Shown: in pieces, positions 12,357 to 26,395 of the stretch | Layout of the letters: each line of letters begins with the position of its first letter | Numbering within the stretch: position 1 is the stretch's first letter | From: Octopus sinensis | Taxonomy: Eukaryota | Direction of reading: 5' to 3' | DNA length: 64,000 nt | Assembly (NCBI RefSeq): GCF_006345805.1 | Contig: NC_043000.1 | Span: 37,696,001 to 37,760,000 of the forward strand | Position numbers and translations under genes: made by a program | The notes under the pieces: model-generated | Databases searched by the model: none | The model's input: the letters and a program-made list of their open reading frames with translations, nothing else | What the model was told of the DNA's origin: nothing

Positions 12357-12665
12357 GAAGGCGCGTGGCTTAGTGATTAGCGTATGCTGTCCACGATCGT
12401 ATGTTTGTGAATTCAATTCGTGGCGGCACGTTGTGCCCTGAAGCAAGATACTTTATTTCACGATGCTCCATCCACTCAGCTGACAAAAATTAGCTGTATC
12501 TGTATTTGAAAAGGGCCAGCATTGTCACACTCTGTGCCACACTGAAGTTTCCAGGGAACTACTTTAATGGTAAATGTGTCTGTGGAATGCTCAGTCACTT
12601 GTACACTAATTTCACTGGCAGGCAATTCCATTTATCGGATCATCTGGAACTGTCGTCATCGTAAC
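12357..12665 (+). mobile_element. tRNA-derived SINE family 2, diverged
   Basis: GGCGCGTGGCTTAGTG head; 3' half aligns with the copy at 48495-48883. Confidence 0.7.
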
Positions 12666-12691
12666 CAACAAAGCGCCGGTTTATGTGTGTG

Positions 12692-12731
<40 letters not shown>

Positions 12732-12733
12732 TA

Positions 12734-13282
12734 GCCCTGATGCAGTACCAGGCAGTGGCTCTCATGGCTTCTAATCTGAACTGATTGGAAGTGTCATCAT
12801 GTACATTGTTTTGTCTTGGTATAAAAGATGGGCTACAGCAAATATTCTGCTCAATACCACAGATTTGCTTGTCAGTTGTTTGACCGTAACCAGTTGAGCA
12901 TGTCCCTTAGTGGCTGACGATATGTGCATCTCTGATCACGAGCAGAAGTAGTGGGGGAGCATCATAGCCATGTGTTGAGAGGGATTCTTTGGGGTTTGAA
13001 TAATTCACCTCTGGAAACATGGGTGGTTCTTTCAACATCCTTAAACAACCCTTATTCAGGGACCTTTTGAGCGGGATGGGCTACTCAACCTGAAGAAAAT
13101 TCTAACTGGGCCCCACCTGCAAGGTCATGTGCTGTTATCTTGATATGAGATCACCATGTGCGCACATATGGTTGTGATGCATGTGCCTGGTGTACCCTTA
13201 TCAGACGGGTAGTCATGATGGGTATATGAGCTTCGTATATTTACTCCAGTGTCACTTTGATGGCATGTATGCTCTCTCACTC
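12734..13282 (+). mobile_element. ~550-nt non-coding element embedded in (AAT)n, copy 1 of 5
   Basis: GCCCTGATGCAGTACC...GCTCTCTCACTC(AAT)n; other copies at 14441-14993, 15094-15648, ~27117-27600 (-), 28245-28797 (-). Confidence 0.85.
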
Positions 13283-13369
13283 AATAATAATAATAATAAT
13301 AATCATATAATAATATAATAATAATAATAATAATAATAATAAGAAGAAGAAGAAGAAGAAGAAACAAGC

Positions 13370-14406
13370 ACAGAAAAAGCTAGGCGCAATGAAAACCCGT
13401 GCCAAAACTGCGGCCTTAGATATTCTGAATAATAAATGGCAAGAAAAACCTCTCTATGGCAAATACCCAAGAGAGCGAATAATGCAGATATCGACAAAGC
13501 CCTGACCCATCAATGGCTAATGGCCTCTGGCTTAAAATCTGAAACAGAGGGGTTTAGCATAGCAGCTCAAGATCAATGCCTACCAACAAGAAACTACCAG
13601 GCCAACATATTAAGATCAGAAGCAGTCCACGTGTCGTGTATGCAAGCAACAAAATGAACCATTGACCATGTGGTCCAAGTGCAGTCTTCTAGCGCCTACA
13701 GTGTATCTCAACAGGCACGATAGAGCTGCACAATATATTCACTGGGTAATCTGTAAAAACCTGGATTTGCCCCATGAGAAAAACTGGTGGGAACACAAAC
13801 CACCCCCCCGTGCTTGAAAAGACCACATCTCACTCCTCTGGAACTTCACAATTCAAACTGAGGAAGATAGATGCAAATAGGCCAGACATCATATTGAAAG
13901 ACTTCAAACAAAGAACATGCCTCCTCATTGATATGACTGTCCCAATCGATATAAACGTATCTGTCAGGACCTACCAAAAACTGAGCAAATATAAAGATCT
14001 TGAAATAGAATCAGCAAAATGTGGAAGCTGAAGACTAAAACAATACCTGTTGTCATAGGTGCCCTGGGAATGATAGCAAAAGGGGGCTGATAGCTACCTA
14101 ACTCAGATACCAGGAAACCCAAAATGGCAGAAGTTCAAAAGATAGTGCTCATGGGAACTGCTCATATCCTACGCAAAATACTCTCTATGTAACCTCAAGG
14201 TTTTAAACAACCATAATTTTCGGTTTAAAAAAAAAAAAAAAAAAAATTTTTTTTTTAGCCATTCATTAGTACAACATCCCCACCCCCCAAATATATGGCA
14301 CACTAGGCATAACAACAACATGAACTTCCAACCCTGTTGTATCTTGAGGTCTCTGGGTGAGACTTGGAGCCAACTTGTACAAATATAAAGCAAAAGTCAA
14401 ACATAG
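13370..14406 (+). mobile_element. R4/Dong-like non-LTR retrotransposon 3' portion with restriction-like endonuclease and (AAT)n tail
   Basis: THQWLMASGLKSETEGFSIAAQDQCLPTRNY, zinc-knuckle relic, ANRPDIILKDFKQRTCLLIDMTVP...KLSKYKDLEIE, IPVVIGALG, KIVLMGTAHILRKILSM* (stop ~14192); several frameshifts. Confidence 0.88.
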
Positions 14407-14440
14407 AATAATAATAATAAATATAATAATAATAGTAAAT

Positions 14441-15018
14441 GCCCTGATGCAGTACCAGACATTGGTTCTCGTGGCTTCTGATCTTAACTGGTTGTAAGTG
14501 TTATCCTGTACATTGTTTTGTCTTGGTATAAAAAATGGGATACAGCAAATATCTGCTCAATACCACAGATTTGCTTGTCAGTTGTTTGACCTTAACCAGT
14601 TGAGCAAGTCCCTTGGAGGCTGACGATATGTGCATCTCTGATCACGAGCTGAAGTAGTGGGGGAGCATCATAGCCATATGTTGAGTGGAATTCTTAGGGG
14701 TTTGAATAATTTACTCCTGGAAACATTGGTGCTTTGTTCAACATCCTTAAACAACCCTTATTCAGGGACCTTTTGAGCGGGATGGGCTACTCAACCTGAA
14801 GAAAATTCTAACTGGGCCCCACCTGCAAGGTCATGTGCTGTTTATCTTGATATGAGATCACCATGTCGCGCACATATGGTTGTGATGCATGTGCCTGGTG
14901 TACCCTTATCAGACGGGTAGTCATGATGGGTATATTGAGCTTCGTATATTTTACCCCAGTGTCACTTTGATGGCATGTACTGCTCTCTCACTCAATAATA
15001 ATAATAATAATAATAATC

Positions 15019-15076
<58 letters not shown>

Positions 15077-15648
15077 TAATAATAATAGTAAATGCCCTGA
15101 TGCAGTACCATACATTGGTTCTCGTGGCTTCTGATCTTAACTGGTTGTAAGTGTTATCATGTACATTGTTTTGTCTTGGTATAAAAAATGGGATACAGCA
15201 AATATCTGCTCAATACCACAGATTTGCTTGTCAGTTGTTTGACCTTAACCAGTTGAGCAAGTCCCTTGGAGGCTGACGATATGTGCATCTCTGATCACGA
15301 GCTGAAGTAGTGGGGGAGCATCATAGCCATATGTTGAGTGGAATTCTTAGGGGTTTGAATAATTTACCCCTGGAAACATTGGTGCTTTGTTCAACATCCT
15401 TAAACAACCCTTATTCAGGGAACTTTTGAGCGGGATGGGCTACTCCACCTGAAGAAAATTCAAACTAGGCCCCCCCTGCAAGGTCATGCGCTGTTTATCT
15501 TGATATGAGATCACTATGTTGCGCGCACATATGGTTGTGATGCATGTGCCTGGTGTACCCTTATAAGACGTGTAGTCATGATGGATATACTGGGCTTCGT
15601 ATATGTTACCCCAGTGACACTATGATGGCATGTACTGCTCTCTCACTG
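14441..15648 (+). mobile_element. Two tandem copies of the 550-nt (AAT)n-embedded element
   Basis: Both are preceded by the same TAAATATAATAATAATAGTAAAT flank and are near-identical in the 5' half. Confidence 0.85.
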
Positions 15649-15661
15649 AATAATAATAATA

Positions 15662-15699
<38 letters not shown>

Positions 15700-15788
15700 T
15701 TAATAATAATAAAAATAATAATAATGATAATAATAATAATCATAATGATAATATAATAATAATAGTAATAATAAAAATAATAATAATA

Positions 15789-15844
<56 letters not shown>

Positions 15845-15877
15845 TAATAATATTAATAATAATAATAATATAATATA

Positions 15878-15941
<64 letters not shown>

Positions 15942-15951
15942 TAATAATAAT

Positions 15952-16134
15952 TCTATGTAATCTCAAGTTTTAAAACACCTAATTTTCGGGGTTTTTTTTA
16001 TATTCACTAGTACAACACTAAATACAAAGCCAAATATATGGCACACTAGGCATAACAAGATAACGAACTTCCAACCTGTTGCCTCTTGGTGAGACTTGGA
16101 GCCAACTTGTCCAAATATAAAGCAAAAGTCAAAC

Positions 16135-16137
<3 letters not shown>
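15952..16137 (+). mobile_element. 3' UTR fragment of the same Dong-like family
   Basis: Aligns to 14185-14406 (AATATATGGCACACTAGGCATAACAA...TTGGAGCCAACTTGT.CAAATATAAAGCAAAAGTCAAACATA), flanked by (AAT)n. Confidence 0.85.
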
Positions 16138-16218
<81 letters not shown>

Positions 16219-16610
16219 ATAATAATAATAATAATAATTATAATATTAATAATAATAATATTAATAATAATAATAATAATGCTAATAATAATAATAATAA
16301 TAATAATGATAATAATAAGAATAGTAATAATAATAATATTAATAATAATAATAATAATAATAATGAAAATGATGATGATGATAATAATAATAATAAAATG
16401 ATAATAATAATATTAATAATAATAATAATGATAATAATAATAATAATATTAATAATAAAATAAAAATAACATTAATAATAATAATATATAATAATAATAA
16501 TGATAATAATATAATAATAATAATAATAATAATAGTAGTAGTAGTAATAATAATTAATATAATATTAATAATAATAATAATAATGATAATAATAATAATA
16601 ATGATAATAT

Positions 16611-16650
<40 letters not shown>

Positions 16651-16808
16651 TAATAATAGTAATGATAACATAATAATAATAATAATAAATTAATAATAAT
16701 AATGATAATAATAATTTAATATTAATAATAATAATAATATTAATATTAATAATAATAATAATATTAATAATAATAATAATGTTAATAATAATAATAATAA
16801 TGATGATG

Positions 16809-16887
<79 letters not shown>

Positions 16888-16890
16888 TAA
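16137..16890. repeat. Long imperfect (AAT)n microsatellite
   Basis: Direct inspection; similar tracts at 15650-15950, 28798-29163, 30770-30917. Confidence 0.95.
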
Positions 16891-17507
16891 TAGCAAAAGA
16901 ATGAAATCTCGATATTAGAGAAATAGAGGGTTATTTATATATGTTATAATTTAGACAAAACAGTAAAAGTTTGTCTGTATAGTACTCGGAGTTACCAATA
17001 AGAGTTACTTCTCTTTTATTCAACAGTGGCCATCAATAGACGATGAGAATGCCTCGTAGCTCTTCTCTCCGCCATTTGAAACTCCAGTTTGTTCTAAATT
17101 ATAATGTGTGTATGTGTGTGTGCGCGTGTGTGCGTGCGCGGCCATGTATATAAGATAGATATATAGGCACGCATAGTTGTGTGCTAAGAATCGGTGAACG
17201 TCCGCGCTACTTAGCGGTTCATACAAACTATATCGATAGAATAAGTACCACGCTTCAAAAAATAAAGACTGGGGTCGATTCGTTCGATTGAAAATTCTTC
17301 TAGGCTTTGCTCCAGCATGGCCAAAGTCCATTGACTGAAACAAGTAAAATATAAAATAATGATATAAAATATGGGCATGCATACAGACACACACACACAT
17401 ACACAAATATATATACACACATACAAATCCACTCAAACACGTACAGATGTGTTGGACCACTGAACTCTACACATTTTTTCATTCTCTCTCTGTTATTTCC
17501 CCTTATT

Positions 17508-17545
17508 TCTTTCTGTTGAAGAGCGTAGGCTCGAAACGTAAAAGA
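17508..17545 (+). ncRNA. Minimal hammerhead-like motif, family B, CUGU core variant
   Basis: TCTTT-CTGTTGA-A GAGC GTAG GCTC-GAAA-CG-TA-AAAGA, within a ~200-nt repeat also at ~51900-52095 (+) and ~32690-32890 (-). Confidence 0.55.
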
Positions 17546-17681
17546 CGTTTCAATTTTTCCTGAGCGTCAAACTACTAACACACATGCTTTTTGTTCCTAC
17601 ACCTATCTCCATCTTTGTTTTTCTATAAATTTGAACTATATATATATATGTGTGTGTGTGTGTGTATTGTGTGTGTGTGTG

Positions 17682-17727
<46 letters not shown>

Positions 17728-17735
17728 AGTATATG

Positions 17736-17810
<75 letters not shown>

Positions 17811-17837
17811 ATATATATATATATAATATATATATAT

Positions 17838-17990
17838 ATGAGAAGAAATGAGGTACTCAGAAAATCGAATGGTTATATTTACAGATATTTATTTGTATAT
17901 TACATTTTTTATACATCATATAACTTAGATCATGTATTAGCGCTTTCTCCCATTCTAGTGGGGTTTTCAAATCAAACTAAGTTCCTGTGT
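17838..17990. repeat. ~150-nt dispersed repeat abutting (TA)n; inverted copy at ~47436-47580
   Basis: AGAAGAAATGAGGTACTCA.AAAATCG.ATGG...CTTTCTCCCATTCTAGTGGGGTTTTCAAATCAAACTAAGT in both. Confidence 0.8.
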
Positions 17991-18349
17991 GAAAGGTTTT
18001 GACCATTTTATAGTGGTATTGAGTTTGTAGTGGTGGGGAGGAATATAAACGGTACAAGAGGGTGATGGATGACGAGAAAGTGAGAGAGAGAGCATGTGTG
18101 TGTGTGGTGTGTGCGTGCGTGTGTGTGTGCTTTTGTAATGGAATGAGTGCTAAAGAAAAAGAGGGGAAGGGAGAGGGAAGAAGAATAGAATTTTTTTGTT
18201 CTGCTGGACAGCATGCTTACTCCAAGGGGGAGGGGTCTAAGATCTTGCGGAAAAAAGAATTTCAGTTTTGACCATTTCATAGTGTTATTGATTGTGTGGT
18301 GGCGGGGAGGTAGACCATCAATTATATTTCTTTTTATCATTGTGAGAGA

Positions 18350-18380
<31 letters not shown>

Positions 18381-19207
18381 TTTAATGAGGGATGGTCAAA
18401 TGGTTTTTTGGGTTTAGAGAAGAAGAATTCTTTTTACGATTGTTTTGTGGAGGTGTGTGTGTGTGTGTGTGGGTGTCTGTGAGTTTGGAGAAGGGAAGAA
18501 AGGAGAAGAGGATAAAAAAGAGGAAGGAGAAATAATTGTGTTGATATTTATACCACTATATATATATACATACATACATATATATAAAATATTAGAAAAA
18601 AACCCACCTTTTATCAATTCAAATTGAATAATTAAATTACACCATCTAGAAAATTACATATCATAGAAAAGTTAAAATTAAAATAACAACTAAAAAGTAA
18701 AGATTAAGTAAATTACAAAAAAATATAATGTATATAATAGGTTATATATATATAATATATATATATATAGATATATATATATATATATTTATATATACAT
18801 ATATATACTAAAAGCTCCACTATATTAAATTGTAATTGAAAGATTTGTCTCTCAATGTATGATGAGTAAAATTTCATAAAGTCCATACTTGAAAAAGAGA
18901 CTCTCTTGTGTTGAAGTTACAAATGACAGAATACAAACTGACAACTATTGAGTCTGTTGTATGATCTTCAATTGATTTAGTCTAATATCTCACTGATTAA
19001 GTTTTATCATACAGGAGCAACTGGTTCCACAAATTAAAGTGAAATGGTTTCATTCAAATATTAGGATAGCCTTTGTTCAATGTTGCATTTTCAAAAACCA
19101 AAACATATGTGTAAAACTCTGTGTGTGTGTGGGCGAGCGCGCGCGTGTTTAATGCAGTTTACTTAGCAAATTTGGTCCTTCATCTGGTACAGCTTATAGA
19201 GATATTT

Positions 19208-20418
19208 TCAGCCATTCAATTTAGGGGAGAACTTAGTTATGAAATATTTTTCCATATTCCTCCTGAAAGAGGTGTCGTTCTTTGGACATTTGTAGAAGGG
19301 AAATATCTTAAATTTTCCTTCTTCACGTGTAGCTAGGTATGTACTCAGTGGTATCTTGCGCAGTTCTTCCTGTCGAACATGTCGGTGAATCCTGGTTCGT
19401 TGGCACAAAGAATTTCCAGTTTCACCTATGTAATCCTCCTTGCACGTGGGGCAGGTTATGCAGTATATTACGTTCTACGTCTTGCAGTTCATATCTGCAT
19501 TTACTTTAAATACGTGACCACTTTTAAATTTCATTTCTTTGTCTCCATCTATGTATTTGTAGGTGGGGTTGCTGCAGATTGCACATCTACCACCTCCGCA
19601 CTCTTTTGCAAAGAATTTCAGTTTTAGTTTCTGATGAGAATTTCGCTCTTGTTAGATGTTTCTTTAGGTTTTTGTCTTGTCGTCTACTGTTTTTTATGCA
19701 ATATTTGTTTAGTATGTTTTCCATTTTGGAGCTTTGTAAGGCTATTGGCAGGTTTGAATGTATGATTTGGAACATGTTCGTAACTCCAGGGTTGTGCGTG
19801 TTTATGAAAGGGATAACGTTTTCTTTGTTTTTCTTTTGTTTTGGGTGTCCTAAGTTGTGCGATGTCTAGTTTCATTGCTCTTATGATTCAATTTTCTATT
19901 AGTTTAAGGGGGTATTTTTGTTCTTGTAGGAAGTTTTAAGTTCATCTAGTCTTATTAGTCGTGTTTGTGAGTCAGTTACTATGCTACATATTCGTCTTGT
20001 CATACTATATGAGATGTTTCTTTTTGTGTGGGATGGGTGGCAGGAGTGGAAATTTAAATATTGGCCTGTGTCGGTTTTTTTGTAGTGGATGTCTGTTGTG
20101 ATGATGGAGTTGTGTATTTTGATGTTGATGTCTAGGAAGGGAAGTTCGTTGTGGCTGAAATCTATTGTGAAGTTCATAGATGGGTGCAGCGTGATGAGGA
20201 TGTTGTGGAATGTTCGTAGGTCTTCTTCTGATATGTTCCAAAAAATGAAGCAGTCATCGAGGTAGCGTTTCCACTTTTTCTTGTGTCTTCTCTGAAGTCG
20301 TGTTCGAAGACATTCCCTATTTCATCGTATAGTTTGTTCTCCAGGAAACCCATCACCAGGTTGGCATATGAAGGTGCGAATTTTGTACCCATAGCCGTGC
20401 CCTTTATCTGTCGGTATG
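19208..20418 (-). pseudogene. Penelope-like element RT (domains 4-7, thumb) plus GIY-YIG, disrupted
   Basis: [35 protein letters not shown]...TDIHYKKTDTGQYLNFHSCHPSHTKRNI, CGGGRCAIC, NVIYCITCPTCKEDYIGETG, FRRNMEKYFITKFSPKLN. Confidence 0.92.
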
Positions 20419-20559
20419 TCTTATATACGTATATATATATGCATGTATATGTATATATATATGTAAATACATTTGTATATATCTGTGTATATGTATATAT
20501 ATATATATGTATATATATGCATGTATATGTGCATATATATGTATCTATATATTTTCTAA

Positions 20560-21515
20560 GAGATCTAATGCTCACAGTTTAGTTTTCCTTGGGGCTGGCC
20601 GCGTTGGAGCAAATATCAGACTTAATCAGCCGAAATTTGCTATGATGATCCGGTTTCTGACTGAAGATTAAAGGCTTCGAATGACCTGTCTGTTTTCTGT
20701 GTTCGTCGCTTTGTGTATTTCACGTTCTTGTTTCTTTATATATAAATTTTTATTCCTATATTATTGCGGCGTACGTACATCACCTTCCCTTATGTATGTT
20801 ACATTTTACCCCTTGTACGACTTCTAAATACTTTCTCAATACCTTACTTCTGTCTTTCTCTTTCGCGCCTTCCCTATGCGCCATTGCTTCTTTGCTAAGC
20901 TATTTTGGTGCCCTCTGTTTCTTCCCCCTCTTCCTTCCATCCTCTTTAATTCCTTCTTTCTCTCTCTCTCTCTCTTATTCTCACGTGACCTGGTCATTGC
21001 TTCTGTCCTCTTTCTTCCACCCTCTTTAATTCCTTCTCTCTCTGCCTCTCTTTCTCTCTCTACCCTCTTGCGACCGGCTGCTTAACAAGCCATTCCGTTG
21101 GTGATCGCGGCCCGCTCAACATCGTTCCCCCTCTGCCGAAAAGGCAATTGTTTCCACGCCTGCTAGATAAGTTATTTTTATTTCATTTTGTCTAAAGTCG
21201 TAAGACACCTGCTATTATCCTGTCATTAACCATTCTTGTTTTTCTTTTTGTTTTCGTTTTTTTTTTTGTATTTATATTCGTCTCTGTTGCGTTTACATTC
21301 GTTCCTTTTTCCAAGAAATCTAATGCTCACAGTTTGGTTTTTTCCTTGGGGCTGGCCGCGTTGGAGCAAATATCAGAATTAATCAGCCGAAATTTGCTAT
21401 GATGATCCGGTTTCTGACTGAAGATTAAAGGCTTCGAATGACCTGTCTGTTTTTTGTGTTCGTCCCTTTGTGTATTTCACGTTCTTGTTTCTTTATATAT
21501 AAATTTTTATTCCTA
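20560..21515. repeat. ~200-nt direct repeats (20565-20760, 21320-21515) with 755-nt period, pLTR-like
   Basis: CTAATGCTCACAGTTT...GGGGCTGGCCGCGTTGGAGC...TTTTATTCCTATA present twice, next to the PLE relic and (TA)n. Confidence 0.8.
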
Positions 21516-21855
21516 TATATATATATACAAATATACATATATATATATATACATATATATATATATTGTTGCAAATTTAAAAATAGGTAGTTACATATGT
21601 ATTCTTATGTAATTAATTGTTTCTGATTTGTAAGTATATACTTCAGAGACACGACAGTTACTGAAAAGTTTCCTTAAATCTGGCTCTTTTGAAAAGTCAG
21701 CTTTGCTGTATCTTCGAAGTCACTATCAACTTTATGGCGAATATTTTACACTGTATCACATTTTGGTTTTAATACAGTTAATGTTTTTACCATGTCTAAG
21801 CGACAACGTATGTGTATTAATATCTCTTTCTTCCTCTTTCTTTCACTCTCCCCCT

Positions 21856-21949
<94 letters not shown>

Positions 21950-22277
21950 TCATGTGTGTGTGTGTGTGTGTGCGTGCTTATGTATGTAGACTAGATACAT
22001 ATATGCGTCTGTAATATTTATTTATTCACTTCATTTTTATTACAATTACTGGGGCGTTAACATTGTTTTGTTCAACAATTCACTGCAGTATGACAAGAAT
22101 ATGTATGTGTATATGCGTGTGTACTCATACACATCCATACACACACATACACATATGCATAAATACATATATACACATACACACATACATAGATTCATAC
22201 ACCACACACATATATATATATATATTCATATGTATATATGTATAAATATATATATATATTCACACACACACAGACAT

Positions 22278-22320
<43 letters not shown>

Positions 22321-22678
22321 ATGTATAACCATATATATAGAAACATATACTTATATATAGAAATATATACATATATATAATATATATAAATATATGCATA
22401 TATATACATATATACATTCATACATACATATATATATAAATATATATATATATGTATTATAACATACACACGCACATAAAACATAAGTGAAGTTACATAT
22501 TTCTTTGTATACAAGCATACATGTTCTATATATATTAACATTTATTTAATTCATATATATATATTAATAGTAATGTCAAGACAAAAGAAGGTATATAATA
22601 TAAACATATGCGCACATACATGTATATATATATATATACGCATATATATATAGACATATACACACACAGACATATATA

Positions 22679-22727
<49 letters not shown>

Positions 22728-22901
22728 TCTAAAGTACGATTTATTCGTGATCAGAGTTGTTCGAAAACCGAGATACTACAGTATGCACACACACACACAT
22801 ACACATATATATATGTGTATATATAATATATATATATATATATATAATATATATAGTATAAGATATATATATATATATATAGTATATATATATATATATA
22901 A

Positions 22902-22962
<61 letters not shown>

Positions 22963-23917
22963 GTGTGTGATATCATAGAACGTGTATGCTTGCATGCGAG
23001 TGTGCATGTTTGTGTATATCGGTCAGTTAGATACTAAACCGATATTTTCATTCTTTAAATATGAATAACTATTTATTTATTTTTTTTACTTTCTCAGCGG
23101 CGTGTAGGTTACTAGGATATTCTGTATACTTCGTTACTTGTTTAAAATTAAACAGTTCTCCCTTCAAAGTTGGCGCCATATTTCACTGGATTCGAGCAAC
23201 AAAAACAGAAACTTATCCCAAAGGAACATTCTATTTGAAGAGAGTGGAATCGTCTGCAATATGTCATATATGACAACCAGCATATTCTAAAAGAATGGAC
23301 CATCCGAGAGGAAGATAAACTACTTTGCTGGTTCTTTCTTTGCGATTCAGTGAACGGAAATGGTACGGGCGAGATATGAGCAATTGTCGTGTTTTTTTGT
23401 TTGTTTGTTTGGTTTTTGTTTTATTATGGTTATAGAAGACATCAGAGAGCATAACATACATTAAAAGTGGAGTAGAAATATCGTTTTAACTGGAAATATG
23501 AAGAGCAACAAAGAAGAGGCAGATAAGACTGGAGGAAATGATGTATATATATATAATGGTCGTTTGTATAGATTAATGAACGTATCAATAGTTTGGATAG
23601 GGTAGAAGCAGATCAATAGACGAGGAAGTAGATTGAAGGAAAGATAGAGTGTTCTCTCTGCGGTTTGGTCTTTCATTCTCTCTGCTTAAATGAAAACACG
23701 CACAGACAGACAGACAGACACACACACATGCCCACCCACACATATATACATGATGCATGCATATGTATTTATACACACTCATACATACATATATGTATGT
23801 GTATATATATGTATGTATGCATTGTGCATATAACGTGTGTGTGTGAGTGTATATATATGTGTGTCTGTGTAAGTGTATATATATATATATATATACTATA
23901 TATATATATATATTATA

Positions 23918-24640
23918 CAGGAGTTGGAAAAAATAATGGAAACACCTTAAAATTGAAAACAAATTTTCTTTAATATGGGGTAGGAGCGGCTTTGGAAGTA
24001 ATCACTGCTTGAACTCTATGAGGTACGGACTCATACACAGTTTGAATTGTTTCTAAAGGAATTTTTGTCTATTCTTCAGCTAAAACAGTCTCCAGTTCTT
24101 GTAGTGATGATGGTGGAGGATATCGACTCCTTAATTATTTTTCTAAAATGCACCATAAATATTCAATAATATTGAGATCTGGAGACTGTGGTGGCCAGAT
24201 AAGATGTTCAGCTTCACTAGAATGTTCCTCGTGCCATTCAGTAACAACTTTAGCTGTGTAAATTGGTGCATTATCATCCTGAAAGATCGCATTTCTCCCC
24301 GGAAACAGTTCCGCAATCACAGGATGAATTTGATCAGATAAAATCCTTCAATAGTCTTGATTATTTATTCTGCCATGAAGGGAAACCATTGGGCCGCTGG
24401 ATTTCCAAGATATAGCCCCCATAGATCCTCCTCCAAGTTTACCAGTTGGAAGAAGGCAGTCTGGGTCAAATGCTTCTTTTGGCTGTCTCCACACGCATAC
24501 TGTCGACTTTTATTCCTCTCTAAGCGCTTTGCAACCTTTGTTTTTGAAAGTAGTGGTCTTCTGATTGCTGCCCTCCCGTAAAATCCAATTTTGTGCACCT
24601 CGTCGTCGTAGTATAAAATGTCCTGTACTATTGTTGACTA
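23918..24640 (-). mobile_element. Tc1-family transposon relic with one TIR
   Basis: TA-CAGGAGTTGGAAAAAATAATGGAAACACCT terminus; IFQDDNAPIYTAK, WPPQSPDLNIIEYLW; KIGFYGRAAIRRPLLSK; internal deletion. Confidence 0.88.
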
Positions 24641-24654
24641 TAGAAATATTATTT

Positions 24655-25030
24655 TCGAGAAAATCAACATCAGGACTTATTCTTTGTGAGCCTAGAACTT
24701 ATTCTATCGGTTTCTTATACCGAACCGCTAATTTAAGAGGGCATAAACACACTAACATCGGTTGTCAAGTGGTGGCAGGGACACAAACAAACACACACAC
24801 ATAAATATAAGCATATATATATATATATATATATATATCCTTCGGGCTTCTTTCAGTATCCGTCAACCAAATCCACTCACCAGGCTTTGGTCGGCCTGAG
24901 GATATACACTTGCTCAAGGTGCCACGCAGTGGAACTGAACCCGGAACCATGTAGTTACTACATAACCATATATATATATATAATATATATATATATATTA
25001 TATATATATATATATATATATCATATATAT

Positions 25031-25064
<34 letters not shown>

Positions 25065-25313
25065 CATATATATGCGATTAGATATGCAGGGAGCTACAGG
25101 GACAGACTCAGACAGATAGACAGACAGCAGGTAGACATATCATATATATATAGGGGCCTAGGAGTGACTTGTGGTAAGTAGCTTGCTTACCCACCACATG
25201 GTTCCGGGTTCAGTTCAACTGCGTGGCACCTTGGGCAAGTGACTTCTTCTGTAGCCACGGGCTAACCAAGCCTTGTGAGTGGATTTGTAAACGGAAACTG
25301 AAAGTAGCCAGTC

Positions 25314-25320
<7 letters not shown>
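24655..25320. mobile_element. Cluster of SINE family 1 pieces (24655-24960 minus, ~25150-25320 plus)
   Basis: Family 1 head/body motifs GGAAACTGAAAG.AGCC and GTGGCACCTTGGGCAAGT. Confidence 0.8.
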
Positions 25321-25355
<35 letters not shown>

Positions 25356-25438
25356 ATATATATATATATATATATAGATAGATAGATTGATTGATAGATA
25401 GATAGATAGATATAGAAGATAGATAGATAGATAGATAG

Positions 25439-25489
<51 letters not shown>

Positions 25490-25907
25490 TGTGAGGTGTG
25501 GAGACGGACAAACAAACAAATAATGCCAGACCATTTATTGGTTCGGAGCCAGAAGCGGAAAAATGCAAAAAATGCAAAAATGTAAGACATGCAAGAAACA
25601 AGAAAAACTGATGCTATTTGTGATAGAAAAATGAATCTTGCTTCTGAGTGGGAAGTAAAATAATGGCGGTAAAAAATATTGCAGATGTCAGACGATATGT
25701 GGCCAAGATGGGAAATAATGAATCAGAGAATAAAGTTGTTTGTCCGACTGCACTGGACGCGACTAATCTTAAATGGATACAGTATCTATGTAGAACATCA
25801 GTGAATCTTTTGATAAATCACCTCACAACAGCAACAAACAACAAAAAGAAATATTTACAATTATCACAAGACACATAAGAGATATACATATCTTCTACTA
25901 CGAATAA

Positions 25908-25964
<57 letters not shown>

Positions 25965-26019
25965 TAATAATAATAATAATAATAATATGAAGACCGCCAG
26001 TTTAGGCCGAAGGCCAGCA

Positions 26020-26395
26020 ATTTTGGGGTGAGAATGATAATCGATTACATTGACTCCCATACTTGACTAGTAGTTTATTTTATCTACCCTGAAAGGAGGA
26101 AAGGCGAAGTTAACTTCAATAGGATTTGAACACAAATCGTGAAGAGTCACAAGAAATATCCCGAAGTATTTTTTACGACACGCTAACGATACTGCCAGCT
26201 CGCTGCCTTGATATTAGTATTAATGTTTAAAATGTTGGTATAAAGCCAACATGAATACAAAGTTGGAATAATCAATTACAATTTACATTGGCCCCCACTA
26301 TTTGATTGGTATTTATCGACCCCGAGGGGAAAAAGGCAAAATTTGCCTCAGCGAGATTTGAACTCGGAATGTAAGAGCCAGAACAAATAAAACGT
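26020..26395 (-). mobile_element. Two diverged SINE family 3 (Nin/Deu-domain-like) pieces
   Basis: TATC.ACCC.GA..GG..GAAAGGC.AA.T..AC.TC...GGATTTGAAC motif, twice. Confidence 0.65.

Noticed and set aside
12734-12800. HDV-like fold at the 5' end of the 550-nt element
   Set aside because: P1-P3-like pairings can be drawn, but there is no L3/P1.1 pairing, P4 or J4/2 cytosine context.
17010-17105. Acceptor-like TTTTATTCAACAG followed by non-repetitive sequence; similar case at 45700-45775
   Set aside because: Stops occur early and there is no supporting donor or homology.
19150-19192. Possible hammerhead relic 3' of the minus-strand PLE (CAGATGA AGGACC...TAAA CTGCA)
   Set aside because: The core, stem II and stem III all need several corrections; too degenerate to call.
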